In this document: positions 36,957 to 50,038 of the stretch, one piece after another
Numbering within the stretch: position 1 is the stretch's first letter
Layout of the letters: every line of letters starts with the position of its first letter
NCBI GenBank assembly: GCA_964016885.1
Contig: OZ024742.1
Location: forward strand, 279,496,001 to 279,560,000
DNA from: Eledone cirrhosa
Lineage: Eukaryota
Length of the DNA stretch: 64,000 nucleotides
Reading direction: 5' to 3'
The notes under the pieces: model-generated
The model's input: only the letters and a program-made list of their open reading frames with translations
Databases searched by the model: none
Told to the model about the DNA's origin: nothing
Made by a program: the position numbers and the translations under genes

Positions 36957-39900
36957 TTACAGATATATGCTCAGAGTAGGCCCATTCACTCGGGCCATTC
37001 TTGCTTCTCTCACCCATCTTTCAACAAAATGCTGGGAAGAGAGCACTTCCTTCTCTACTCTGATTTTCCTTTTCAAATGAAATTTGAAAAAGTCAATCAG
37101 AGCATCACCGAAGAGGTAAGTGCTCGTCTTCAGCCCTTTCAAACGTGTCCACCATACTATCTCTTTCGCCATGGCCACCAGACAGATAAAAACTGCCTGC
37201 CCTTCCCGGCTAAAGGAGGAGGGCGGGGCAATCCTCACGATAGACTCAGATGATAGCTGGATCCGTCCTAAACGCGACAGCAGGTGTTCGACATAAACCC
37301 ACAAGTCAGCAATTTTCGGACACTGGACGAGTGCGTGCAGGACGGTTTCGTCGCCCTGCGCGCATCTCGGACATGCCCGGCTGACGGCACCTCCATGCCT
37401 GTAGAGTTTATCCCGAACTGGCAAGGCTCCTCGGTAGCACTGCCAGGCCAGAGATTTCTGGAAGTTGTCCATAGGCCCTGGCCCGAAAGTTCTTCCGAAG
37501 AGATTGGCTAGTTGATTTTCGTCGACGCCTAGAGTTTCCCCAAGTACGTCGTCGCTCTTCCCCTCCACTAATCCTCTATAGAACGCCGAGGTGGAGTTTC
37601 CACCGATCACATTGCCCGATTGGTCGAGGGCTGTGAGCGCCTGAAGACATTCCAGTCTCCAGGCGCTCCCTCTCGGTCTTCGCTTGACCCAGGACTGCAG
37701 CTCCGTCAAGGAAACGAGCTGGGGAAAAACGCGTCTAGCAAACGGCGACCACACCTGATCACCGTCGAGGAAGAGGTGGAGATGTCGTAGCCTGAGCGCG
37801 TGCCTGCGCATCATCAGCCACGGCATGCCCAGCCCTCCACGTAGCGGGTGTTGACAACAGATGGACCGCCTGACCATCGGAGCACGTCCCTTCCACAAAA
37901 AGCGAAAGAGCAAACGCTCCAGCGCAGTCAGGCGAGGCTTAGGACAAGGTACGACGGTTAGGCGGTAGCAGATGACAGACGCGATGTACGCGTTAGCCAC
38001 CTCCGCTCGACCTTTCAGGGATAGCTTCCTCTCCGCCCATTTCTGGGTGAGAGAAGCCACCCTGCTCGTCACCTCGTCCCAGTTTTTGTCCGTCTGGAGG
38101 TCCGGACCGAACCAGACCCCTAGCAATTTAACCGGTCCGTCCGTCCAGCGCCCGACGACGCTGTTGGACGGCATGGACCTGCCTCTCCAGGTGCCGAGCT
38201 GCAGGCCCACTGACTTTTCCTGGTTGATCATTGCTCCTGTCACCGCTTCGTATTCTCTTAGTGTAGTGCCGATCGCCTCGATGTGTTTGGCGTTCGACAC
38301 CACTACGGTGACATCGTCCGCATATGCTGACACGGATCTTCCGCATCCTAGTTCGCGCGGGACTCCCCTCAACGTCTCCAGTTTGTGCAGTAATGGCTCG
38401 AGAGTCAATACGTACAAGAGGGACGAGAGGGGACATCCTTGGCGGACCGAGCGCATGATGTTGAACGGTTCCGACAGGTGACCGTTCACTCTCACCACAG
38501 AGCAGATGTCGCTGTGCATGACAGCGATCCAGCCTCTGAAGACGGGCCCAAAGCCAGCCGCCCTCAGGACTGCCGCTAGGTAACGATGGTCGACCCTATC
38601 GAAAGCTTTCGACTGATCTAAATTGATCAAGGACCCACCCGTGCCAGGTTCCCTAGACACCCTCTCTACGATGTATCGCATGAGGTGGAGGTTGTCGTGG
38701 ATGGATCTGTCGGGAATGGCGCATGTCTGCGCCTCTCCCACCAGACCACCAACGACAAGCGCCAACCTCTTTGCTAGCACCTTGGCCAAAATCTTAAACT
38801 CTGTGTTTAGCAGAGTTATGGGCCGGAAATTGTCTATGTTATCCCCCTTGTTCGGATCCTTTCTCAGCAGTGCCACCGCACCTCGGCTCACAGAACTGGG
38901 AATTCTCCCGTTCTGTTGCCAGTTGCAATAGACGTCCGCCAAGAGGCCTCCGAACAAGTCTGGCATCTGTACGTAAAGTTCATAGGGCAGACCATCCAAA
39001 CCAGGCGATTTACCCCTTGTGCAGCCAGTCATTGCCTCCCGTACTTCAGCGGCTGTTATCGGCTTTTCGCAACACCTCGCCTCAGTGGCCGAGAGCCGCG
39101 GCAGTCCGTCGAGGTAGACACTAAAGTCCATCCCTCTAGCCGGCCCCCCGCTGCCCCCGAACAGCTGAGCGAAGTGTCGCTGAAAAGCTTCACACATTTG
39201 CCCGGGATCGAGTAGCATGCGCCCGTCGTGGTCCACCAAAGACCGGATCGTGGCTTTGTTGCCACGACGCGCCTCCGCCACTCGGGCCCATTGAACGGCT
39301 TTCGTCCCCTCGTGTCTGAGAGCACGCACTCTAGCTCTGACAACGCAGCCTTCGTGCTTTGCATTGAAGAATTGGTCAAGGGCCAATTTCGCCGCAAGCA
39401 CGTCGGTCGCAATGCCTTTGCTAAGCGCCTCGTCTAATTTTCTAACTAGTTCTCCCTCTGCTCTATTTTTGTCTATTGCTAAAGCCTTACTAAACCTAAT
39501 CGATTCTATTCTAATCGCTCTTTTCAGAGCAAACCACCACTTGTTGTTGACGATGGCCCCCGTCAACGCCCGCTTAACTAGTTCGCTAATCCGGTCTCTG
39601 TAGGCCTTGCGCGCTGGTAAGGACGCGTTTAGCTTCCAGTAGCCGGGTCCTCGTCTATGAAGCCTATCTAAGTCAAGCACACAGATCACGAATTTGTGGT
39701 CCGTGTAGCTGACTATCTTGAATTGTGGACAGCCTATGCTAGACCTATCTATTTCCCTACAAAATACTCTATCTAGATATGATCTGGATGACCCTATGCG
39801 GTTTGTCCAAGTCCACATTGGCACATTCGGGAAATCCAATCGGTACCTGTCAGACAGTTCAAAACGCCTGAGCAGGTTGGTGAGGCTCTTGCACCCTCCA

Positions 39901-40340
39901 CCCCTATCCGCTAATCCCACACAGTCCCAGCGTGCATCTAAGATCCCGTTCCAGTCGCCCACTAACACTAAAGAGCGGGACGTTCCAAGAAAGGTCTCCA
40001 GACGCCGGAAGAAATCAGGCCGCCCTGCTCCTGTCGGGGCATAGACGGCCACTAGCCTGAAAGCTTGCCCGTCTCCGCTGGTCACGTCCAGCACCACCAG
40101 CTTACCCTCTGGGTCCAGGAAGATGGCCCGTATGGCGAGATCCAAACCTCTCCGAAAAAGCACAGCAACTCCTCCACCCGATCCAGGACGGCTGGGAGAT
40201 GCGTACACATCGTAGCCGCCGAAGATCGGTACGAAGGCCCGTGCTATGTTTAGTGACCTGAGGTCGTTGAGCAGGTGACCCTGCTTCCATGACGACCCCA
40301 AGCCACGCGCATTTATGCTGCCTATTCTGAGTGAGGTCAT
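36957..40340 (-). CDS. LINE ORF2 APE-RT-zf (1127 aa, open, with a 12-aa in-frame deletion in the endonuclease)
   Basis: All RT motifs intact (AYADDV); lacks DVVAISETRISE, which is present in copy 1. Confidence 0.9.
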   Translation of the reverse strand: MTSLRIGSINARGLGSSWKQGHLLNDLRSLNIARAFVPIFGGYDVYASPSRPGSGGGVAVLFRRGLDLAIRAIFLDPEGKLVVLDVTSGDGQAFRLVAVYAPTGAGRPDFFRRLETFLGTSRSLVLVGDWNGILDARWDCVGLADRGGGCKSLTNLLRRFELSDRYRLDFPNVPMWTWTNRIGSSRSYLDRVFCREIDRSSIGCPQFKIVSYTDHKFVICVLDLDRLHRRGPGYWKLNASLPARKAYRDRISELVKRALTGAIVNNKWWFALKRAIRIESIRFSKALAIDKNRAEGELVRKLDEALSKGIATDVLAAKLALDQFFNAKHEGCVVRARVRALRHEGTKAVQWARVAEARRGNKATIRSLVDHDGRMLLDPGQMCEAFQRHFAQLFGGSGGPARGMDFSVYLDGLPRLSATEARCCEKPITAAEVREAMTGCTRGKSPGLDGLPYELYVQMPDLFGGLLADVYCNWQQNGRIPSSVSRGAVALLRKDPNKGDNIDNFRPITLLNTEFKILAKVLAKRLALVVGGLVGEAQTCAIPDRSIHDNLHLMRYIVERVSREPGTGGSLINLDQSKAFDRVDHRYLAAVLRAAGFGPVFRGWIAVMHSDICSVVRVNGHLSEPFNIMRSVRQGCPLSSLLYVLTLEPLLHKLETLRGVPRELGCGRSVSAYADDVTVVVSNAKHIEAIGTTLREYEAVTGAMINQEKSVGLQLGTWRGRSMPSNSVVGRWTDGPVKLLGVWFGPDLQTDKNWDEVTSRVASLTQKWAERKLSLKGRAEVANAYIASVICYRLTVVPCPKPRLTALERLLFRFLWKGRAPMVRRSICCQHPLRGGLGMPWLMMRRHALRLRHLHLFLDGDQVWSPFARRVFPQLVSLTELQSWVKRRPRGSAWRLECLQALTALDQSGNVIGGNSTSAFYRGLVEGKSDDVLGETLGVDENQLANLFGRTFGPGPMDNFQKSLAWQCYRGALPVRDKLYRHGGAVSRACPRCAQGDETVLHALVQCPKIADLWVYVEHLLSRLGRIQLSSESIVRIAPPSSFSREGQAVFICLVAMAKEIVWWTRLKGLKTSTYLFGDALIDFFKFHLKRKIRVEKEVLSSQHFVERWVREARMARVNGPTLSIYL

Positions 40341-40375
40341 GTTTAAAATAGAGTGGAAAAGATGGGAAAGACCAC

Positions 40376-42472
40376 TTACCGTACTTTTGGTAGAGGAGGG
40401 ATGGTTTTTACATCCCTTTTCACTTGATCGTCTGGTGAAGGGACCGTTGAATCGTCCCTTCGGCTGGTCGTCGGCTCTTCTAAGAGAATGTCTGAGTATA
40501 CTCTTCGATTGATGGTTCCTCCTAGGTCCCTGAAATCACCAACTGCGTTGGGGAATTTCGTTTTAATGTTTGTGTATTGTTTCTGTGCTATTTTTAGCAG
40601 TCTTATGTTAGTTGGCGTTTTGATTGGTGCTGGTATTATGTAGTCCTGTTGTGAAATGTCTGTGTGTTCAATTATGTAAGTCATTAGTTTCTTGTTGTGT
40701 GTATTTATTGCCGTGCATTTGTTTTTCTGGGGGTGGGTTGTGGTTCTGCTATTTTCTTGTCGTTGTTGCTGGGTGTGTGTGTTTTGTTGTTGTGTTTGCG
40801 ATGTTGGTGCTTGTGGTGGTGGTGTTGAAGGTGTTGTTGGCGGTGGGGTTGTCGCCGGTGGTGATGGTGGTGCTAGTGTGGGTGGTGATGGTGTTGGTGT
40901 TGTTGCTGCTGTGGGTCTCTTTGCAGTATACTTTACCCTTTTCTCATTTCTTTCCTCCCCTTTCAAAGGTGACGATGCGCTGCTTCTGCGTTTATGCCTT
41001 CTTGCGACCTTTTGCCATCCCTCTCCCACCTCACACTCCATGTCTGATTCTGTGAGGTCGGGGAGGGGTACCAGCTCCACTCTTTCACTTGTTGTTGTTG
41101 GTGATGTTTGCACTGGAGTCTCTGTTGCAGCTGCATTTGGTATTGCTGTTGTTGTTGTTAATATTTCCACTGCTGCTGCTGTTTTTGATTTCCGTGGCGT
41201 GGGTATGGGTGCCACGGACCTATCGTTCCTGGTTGCCGCTTGTCCTGTTGCTGGTAGCCGTGGAGCCGGATTCGGAAGGAGGGGGGTTTTCTCCTTTCTC
41301 AGGGTCTTCTCGTTGCAGAAGGCCTTGAGGTGAGTCTTCGATCCACAGCGAAAGCATTTCGGGCGTTTGCCCTCTACACTTATGGGCAGTTGAGTGCCGT
41401 TATCGAAGTCTATCACATCCGGGATAGCTTCGATGCACTCCTGGTTGGTTTGGATTAGCATCTCAATGGAGGAGCCGACCCAATCTTCTCTTACTTTTTT
41501 CTGTACTTGCAGTACAGTTGTTTTGTCCTCGATTCCGACGAGGACAGACGCGGCCAGCCAAGAAGGGGTCATTCCGGGGGGGACGTGGGTCAGTTTGACC
41601 CTCACAATTTTTTGCCCACAGTAGGAGGGCACCAACACCATTTCCTCGCTCCTTAGGGTCACTACTGATTGGGCCTTTGCCTCCTGGGGTGTGGCAAAAA
41701 GTACGTCTACGGTGGCATATTTTTTGCCTCGGGTGATGTGCGTTTTCCGCTGCCACACAGACCCCAAGGCTTTTTGTATTTGGGCCTCTGTGGCTCTTTC
41801 CACCCTACGGGATTTTGTACTTACTGTGCGGTACGTGACCGTACAGTGCTCTTGGGTTTTGAAAAATTTTTCCGCTGCCTTGCAGATTGCTCGGTGTCCG
41901 TTCTTTGTCACCATCTTCTTCGCTTCCTCTAATTCCTCATTTGTTATGAGGATTGTTTCCAAGTTTTTCGCAATACCTGCAAATGAGATTGGTTTTTCTC
42001 TGCTGTTGTTGTTGTCGTCAGAGCTGCTGGTACTTTTGTTGTTGCTGCAGGTACTACGACTACTGCCTCCGCCGCTGTTGCTGTGGTTGTTGTTGGTGTT
42101 GCTGTTGCTAATGCTGTTGTTGTTTATGCTGCTGGTGATGCTGTTGCGGCTGCTACTGTTGTTTTCATTGTCACTGTTGCTGTTGTTATTACGGCTGCTA
42201 CTGCTATTATTCCTGACGTCAGACGAATGAACTGGGTTTTCGTATTTCCCGCACACCTGTTTCGTCGCTGTCGTCGTCGTCGTGGAGAAACCTTGCACGC
42301 TTTGCACGAGACTTTTCTTTTCTTTCGTCGCTTGCGAAAGAGAAGGGAGGGAGAGAGACACATTTAAAGAAGGGAGGGAGAGAGACAATCTTCTCTCTGC
42401 TGTAGTGATGATTGAGGAAGAAGAAGACGGAATGAGTGGGAGTGACGTATGAAATTTCTTTTTCGTAGCCAT
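40376..42472 (-). CDS. LINE ORF1 (698 aa, CCHC knuckle)
   Basis: CFRCGSKTHLKAFC; near-identical to 18650-20746. Confidence 0.85.
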   Translation of the reverse strand: MATKKKFHTSLPLIPSSSSSIITTAERRLSLSLPSLNVSLSLPSLSQATKEKKSLVQSVQGFSTTTTTATKQVCGKYENPVHSSDVRNNSSSSRNNNSNSDNENNSSSRNSITSSINNNSISNSNTNNNHSNSGGGSSRSTCSNNKSTSSSDDNNNSREKPISFAGIAKNLETILITNEELEEAKKMVTKNGHRAICKAAEKFFKTQEHCTVTYRTVSTKSRRVERATEAQIQKALGSVWQRKTHITRGKKYATVDVLFATPQEAKAQSVVTLRSEEMVLVPSYCGQKIVRVKLTHVPPGMTPSWLAASVLVGIEDKTTVLQVQKKVREDWVGSSIEMLIQTNQECIEAIPDVIDFDNGTQLPISVEGKRPKCFRCGSKTHLKAFCNEKTLRKEKTPLLPNPAPRLPATGQAATRNDRSVAPIPTPRKSKTAAAVEILTTTTAIPNAAATETPVQTSPTTTSERVELVPLPDLTESDMECEVGEGWQKVARRHKRRSSASSPLKGEERNEKRVKYTAKRPTAATTPTPSPPTLAPPSPPATTPPPTTPSTPPPQAPTSQTQQQNTHTQQQRQENSRTTTHPQKNKCTAINTHNKKLMTYIIEHTDISQQDYIIPAPIKTPTNIRLLKIAQKQYTNIKTKFPNAVGDFRDLGGTINRRVYSDILLEEPTTSRRDDSTVPSPDDQVKRDVKTIPPLPKVR

Positions 42473-42686
42473 GTTGTTTTTTGTTTAAAATGAATATTGG
42501 GTACAAAACCCCAATAACTGGTTATTTAACCCCGAAGGGCCAAATAACGGACAGAAAGACCCCTCTCACGAGGAGGAGGGTGTCTTTATCAACAATTTGG
42601 TTCAAGTTTTAAACAATTTACAATTGTTTTAACGGTTAAAAATTACTATACCTTACAGAGCCGAGCCTCCGTCAACCATGGCATTC

Positions 42687-42726
<40 letters not shown>

Positions 42727-42730
<4 letters not shown>

Positions 42731-42925
42731 GATAGTACTAATGGGAACTGCCCATATACTAAGGAAGATTCTGTCAATATAAGTACATCACAAGTATAAA
42801 CACTAAAGATGCATGTGTGAGTATGTATGTTCTTTCTTGAACATGGCGGACCTTGTTGTCTCTTGAGGTCACTGGTTGTGACTTGGTGATAACTCGTATG
42901 AACATAAAGCAAGATAAATGCAACT
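42727..42925 (+). mobile_element. Dong-like family B 3' end fragment between (AAT)n tracts
   Basis: KIVLMGTAHILRKILSI* plus 3' UTR matching the reverse complement of 15877-16075. Confidence 0.88.
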
Positions 42926-42970
42926 GTAATAATAATAATAATATAACACTATTAATAATTATTAATTAAT

Positions 42971-45530
42971 GATTTCTTTATTGGCCTCAAGGGCTGATAT
43001 CAAGAAAACATTACAGACGACACAGGACGGTACGATGTGGGTTTTGTGAGTGTAAATATTTTTATTATTTATATAGGAAAAGAAAAAAACATAAAAACAT
43101 ATATATATATATATAAACAATAAAAGTGAAAATTGAAACAATGAAAAATTCCCCAATAGGGGGGAATCTTCAGAGGGTTACTCGTGGCGAAAACCACACG
43201 AAAGACCATGGCCACTCTGACCCCAGGCAAGCGCCCTCTCTCAATTTTTCCATTTCTCAAACTACAGACGTATATTCAGAGCGGTCGCGTTCTCTCGGAC
43301 CATTCTCGCTACATTCACCCACCTTTCAACAAACTTGTTAGAAGGCAGCACTTGCCTCTCCACCCTGATTTTCCTCTTCAAGTGAAAATTGAAAAAGTTA
43401 AATAGGGATTTGCCGAAGAGGAAAGTGTCTGTCTTTAACGCTTTCAGCCTTGTACATCACACAATCTCTTTCGCCATGGCCACCAGGAAGATGAAAACCG
43501 CCTGCCCTTCCTCCTCGAAGGAAGACGGCGAGACCATCTGAAAAATGTACTCAGTCGATAACCGGATCAGTCCTACACGCGACAGCAACTGTTCGACATA
43601 GCTCCACAAGTCAGCAATGCTCGGGCACTGAACGAGTGCGTGCACGACGGTTTCGTCGCTCTGCGCGCATCTCGGACAGGCTCGGCTGACGGCACTTCCG
43701 TGCTTGTAGAGCTTCTCTCGAACCGATAGCACTGCCAGGCCAGGGATTTTTGGAAGTTATCCATAGACCCTGGGCTAAAAGTTCTCCGGAAGAGAGCATA
43801 CAGCTGATCTTCGACGCCCAGGATCTCTCCGAGAACGTCGTCGCTCTTCCTCTCCACTAGTCCTCTATAGAAAGCCGAGGTGGATGTTCCACCGATACTG
43901 GTGCCCAGCTGGCAGAGGGCAGTGAGCGCCTGAAGACATTCCAGTCTCCAAGCGCTATCCCTCGGTCTTTTTCTGACCCAGGACTGCAGCTCCGTCAAGG
44001 TGACGAGCTGTAGGAAAACGTGCCTGGCGAACCACACCTGTTCACCGTCAAGGAAGCACCAGAGATGTCGCAGCCTCAGCGCATGTTTGCGCATCATCAA
44101 CCATGGCATACCCAGTCCTCCACGCAACGGGTGTTGACAGCAGATGGATCTTCTGACCATGGGAGCACGTACCTTCCACAATAAGCGGAAGAGGAGGCGC
44201 TCAATTTTGGAGTTGGGCCCGAGCAAGGGACAACGGAGAGGCGGTAGCAGATGACGGATGCGATGTACGTATTCACCACCTCCGCCCGGCCTTTCAGGGA
44301 CAGCTTCCTCTCGACCCATTTCTGGGTGAGGGAGGACACCTTGCTCGTCACCTAGTTCCAGTTTTTCTCCATCTGGAAGTCCGGTCCGAACCAGACCCCG
44401 AGCAATTTAACTGGTCCGTCCGTCCAACTTCCCACGACGCTGTCGGACGGCATGGACTTGCCTCTCCAGGTGCCGAGCTGCAAGCCCACCGACTTTTACT
44501 GGTTTATCTTTGCTCCTGTCACCGCTTCGTATTCCTTGAGACCGGTGCCGAGTATCTGGACGTTTCTGGTGCTCGACACTACCACGGTGACGTCGTCGGC
44601 GTAAGCCCACTCGGATTTCCCGCATCCTAGTTCGGGTGGGACGCCCCTCATCGCTCCCAGCTTGTGCAGTAACGGCTCGAGAGCTAACACGTACAAGAGG
44701 TACGAGAGGGGACAACCCTGGCGGACTGAGCGCATGATGCTGAACGGCAGCGACAGGTGACCATTCACCCTCACAACTGATCAGATGTCATTGTACATCG
44801 CTGCGAACCAACTCCTGAAAATGGGCCCGAAACCGGCTGCCTCGAGGACCGATGGTCGACCCTATCGAATGCTTTGGATTGATCCAAGTTGATCAGGGCC
44901 CCACCCGTGCCAGGTTCCTTAACCACCCTCTCTATGATGTAACGCATGAGGTGGAGGTTGTCGTGTATGGATCTGTCCGGAATGGCGCGTGTCTGCGCCT
45001 CTCCCACCAACACTTGACGACAAGCCCCAACCTCGTTGCTAACACCTTGGCCAAAATCTTGAACTCTGCGTTTAGCAGGGTTATGGGCCTGAAATTATCG
45101 ATAACTTCCCCCTTGTTCGGGTATTTACTCAGCAGCGCCACCACTCCCCGGCTTACAAAACTGGGAATGCTCCTGTTCTGCTGCCAGTTGCAGTAGACGT
45201 CTGCCAAGAGATCACGGAATAAGTCTGGCATAAATGCGTAAAGCTCGTAGGACAGACCATACAAACCTGGAGATTTATCCCTCGTGCAGTTAGCCATCGC
45301 TTCCCTTATTTCACCGGCTGTTATTGGCTTTTCGCAACACTGTGCTGCGGTCTTCGAGAGCCGAGGCAGTCCGTCGAGGTATGCACTGAAGTCCATGTTT
45401 CGATCCGGGCCGCCGCTGCTCCCGAACAGTTCAGCAAAGTGCTGCTGGAAAGCTTGACACATCCGCTCGGGTTCGAGCATCACGCACCCACTTTGGTCAG
45501 ACAAAGACCGAATTGTGGTTTTGTTGCCAC
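42971..45530 (-). mobile_element. 5'-truncated, older Tx1/L1-clade LINE (family C)
   Basis: Fragmented ORF2 homologous to family A (FRPITLLNAEFKILAK, DQSKAFDRVDH, AYADDV, CPRC..ETVVHALVQC); 3' AATAAAGAAATCATT. Confidence 0.88.
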
Positions 45531-45534
45531 TTAT

Positions 45535-45815
45535 TAATGTAATCGTGCAATGCCTGTGCGTGACGAATATTTTTAAAGTGAGGAAAGACTATGCACTGAG
45601 CCAATCCCACTCTCTGAGCGACAGTAGCTATAACCCGAAAAGAAGAAAAGATCAACATCATCGGTAACTTCTTAGCCGCAGGTTTTATGTCAGAGTTAAC
45701 TCAGTTTCCTCAGATGCCCTCTCCTAGAAGTATGCCCTGAGAAGGGCTAGGTGTTCTTCACTCCCAGTGGTTTAACTGCGCGATCGGGTATACAGCCCGA
45801 CTATTTCTATGTGCC
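45535..45815 (-). mobile_element. Probable RTE 5' UTR segment
   Basis: Reverse complement contains GGC....TCTAGGAGAGGG...AACTCTGA.ATAAAACCTGC, shared with 46501-46580 and resembling RTE leaders as I recall them (not verified). Confidence 0.45.
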
Positions 45816-45947
45816 CGCGAATGAAAAAAAAAAATCCGTTATTGACACTTATACGTACGGCATACACACACGCGCACACACCAACACTCATACATACAAA
45901 CAAACACTCACACGCTACTCACTTACAGACGCACACACACACACACG

Positions 45948-46028
<81 letters not shown>

Positions 46029-46282
46029 ATGAGAAGAAAGAGGAATACTGCGCGGTTGCACATGGGTTACATATTATAAAATTAGTCCCTCGTCAGTGAT
46101 TTGCCAACCATCATTGGTATTTCATCGCATTAAAAATCATATACCTCAGGTTGGTGCGAGCAATAACTAAAAAAAGCTATTGGGACAAGTGAATCGCGTA
46201 AAGCGAGTGAGACAAGTAAACAACATAGAAGGATAAAAGAAAACCGAAGATAGGAAAAAAAACAAGCAACATGTGTGAAGTT

Positions 46283-46786
46283 TATGGACCGTCTTCTTCT
46301 ATGGTGATACCGCTTCGCAGCAAGGATGGGAAATAACTTCTTCGTGACTCACAAGGAATGCTACGAAGGTGGCGGGAGCACTTTCATGAGCTTTTGAATC
46401 TCTCCATAAAACTTTCCCTACGACAGTAAGCAATGATATACCTTGGAAGTTCCCACAATCTCTCCAGTCCTCAGGTACGGATTCATTAGCCCATATCCTG
46501 CACGGAGCCAGCGTTATGCAGGTGTTATATCAGAGTTTTCCTTCTCCTAGAATTCTGCCTTGACAAAGGCTAAGGGTTCATCTCTCCCGGTGATTTTGGA
46601 TGGCCATTGACTCTTAAGAGCTCCTTTGCCCTTTGACAGGTTTTGTTTTTAGTCTTGTAGGATGTCCAAAGTCCCCCTCCTCACCAAGAAACCTTGGTGG
46701 GGTTGCCAGTTTAGTCGCCAACGACCCGTCCATGAGACAGGTTGTACTGGGATACATGTTACCAGTATCATCAACTGGTGACCTGA
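46283..46786 (-). mobile_element. Rearranged RTE derivative: putative 5' UTR joined to three short internal RTE pieces, one inverted
   Basis: 46283-46400 is the reverse complement of about 29268-29385; 46405-46460 matches about 28918-28972; 46461-46501 matches about 29018-29059. Starts at a (CATA)n tract. Confidence 0.75.
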
Positions 46787-46892
46787 CATACATACATACA
46801 TACATACATACATACATACATACATACATACATACATACATACATACATACATACATACATACATACATACATACATACATACATACATACA
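46787..46892. repeat. (CATA)n microsatellite
   Basis: Direct inspection. Confidence 0.97.
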
Positions 46893-47037
46893 TGCCTATA
46901 TACATATTGTACATAGATAAATACAAATGTATATGTATACATATGTATATTATATATACACGCATGTTCTCTCACACACGCCTACATATTTAAGTATATA
47001 TATATTTATAGGAAAAGAGTCAAAACTCCGACGGCGC

Positions 47038-47756
47038 AGTTCCTTTTCGTTACATTCCATAGTGAATTGTATGGCTTCATGAAGCCTGTTTAGGATCGAA
47101 TAAAATTTTTGTAGGTCTGTTTGGCTTCTGTTCCAGAAGATGAAGCAGTTATCTAGGTAACGTTTCCAGTTTTTATTAATGTAGAAGGCGAAGTCGTGAC
47201 TGAATGTTATCTGTAGTTGGGAATATAATTTTGCCTCTAAGTGACCCATAACGAGCGTTGCATATGTAGGGGCCACTTTGGTACCCATGGCTGTTCCTTT
47301 TATTTGTAGATAAAGTTCGTTGTCAAAGAAGAAGTGGTTGTTTTCCAATACTAATTTAAGTCCTTCCAAGATGAATTCTTTGGGGAATCTTTCTGAAATG
47401 TGACTTGAGTGTTTTGTAATCCAGAAGTCCACAGCTTCAATCCCTAAGTCGTGTGGGATGTTAGTGTACAGGCTTATTACATCAAAACTGACTAGGATTG
47501 TATCCTGGTGTACTTTTTGGGGGATATAGTTAAGGAATTCCATATCATCTCTGATGTAGCTTGGAACTTTTTTACATAGGGGTTTGAGTATGATGTCTAA
47601 TAGGTTGCTTAGACGTTGTGTGCTTGAGGCTGGGCCAGCAATAATGGGGCGTAATTTTAAGTCTGTCGGTTTTGGTGCTTCGATGTATGATGTATTTTTC
47701 CCTTTTATGTTGTTTTGGATTTCTATGGATTTGTGAATTTTTGGTAATCCATATTT
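47038..47756 (-). pseudogene. Internal RT fragment of a third PLE family (Neptune/Poseidon-like), catalytic motif mutated to YLDN
   Basis: YGLPKIHK...LRPII, LVSFDVISLYTNIP, QIKGTAMGTKVAPTYA, WKRYLDNCF, IQFTME. Confidence 0.85.
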
Positions 47757-47845
47757 GGTAATACGCTTAGGAGAATTCTTCCAGGGTATACAATACGAGG
47801 AAGAATCACTGGTGAAAAACAAAAAGAACTTCACATCCCCGCTAA

Positions 47846-49330
<1,485 letters not shown>

Positions 49331-49901
49331 GTGTGTGTTGAACAAAGGACTAACTTTGGGATGGACGTAGAAAAAATCTTCAGGAAAAAAAGAAGAAAAA
49401 AATAATTATTCACAAACTTGACAGGTGCGATTTGCCTGTGACCATTCTCAACACAAAAGCAATGCTAAAAGCTTTTTCCCCTGAATAAAGGAATTTTTCG
49501 AGAATGACCGGGGCAGGCCGCACTTGCTACATTTCTGCCCACCCAACCCTACTCACCGTCTCAACTCATTACTGCTATGAACACTTTTTCAACACACCTA
49601 CACCCATGCACTTATTAAAAGGGGAGAAAAGAAAACCCACCACACCACAGACATGTTAAATCCCTATATATAGAACACCACACCACATACACATCAGTTT
49701 GACAAGCGCACCTGAGCGTGAAAGGTCTTTCTAAAAACGAAACAATACCTCCTACGTTAACCAAGAACTCCTAAGACCTAACCAACAACCAACAACTTAA
49801 TTTATAAAATAATTTTTTTTAAGAAAAATTCATTTTGGATTTTGTGAAGAAAATAAATTTGTTGAAAGCACAAGTGAAGCCATTTTTTCTTCCCCCCTGT
49901 C

Positions 49902-50038
<137 letters not shown>

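Larger units (their letters stand above)
36695..42686 (-). mobile_element. Full-length Tx1/L1-clade LINE, family A copy 3
   Basis: Reverse complement of 18437-24440 with few differences; (ATT)n on both sides. Confidence 0.93.

Noticed and set aside
49694-49730. Degenerate hammerhead (TTGACAA-GCGC..GCGT-GAAA)
   Set aside because: Core has two mismatches and stems I and III cannot be formed.
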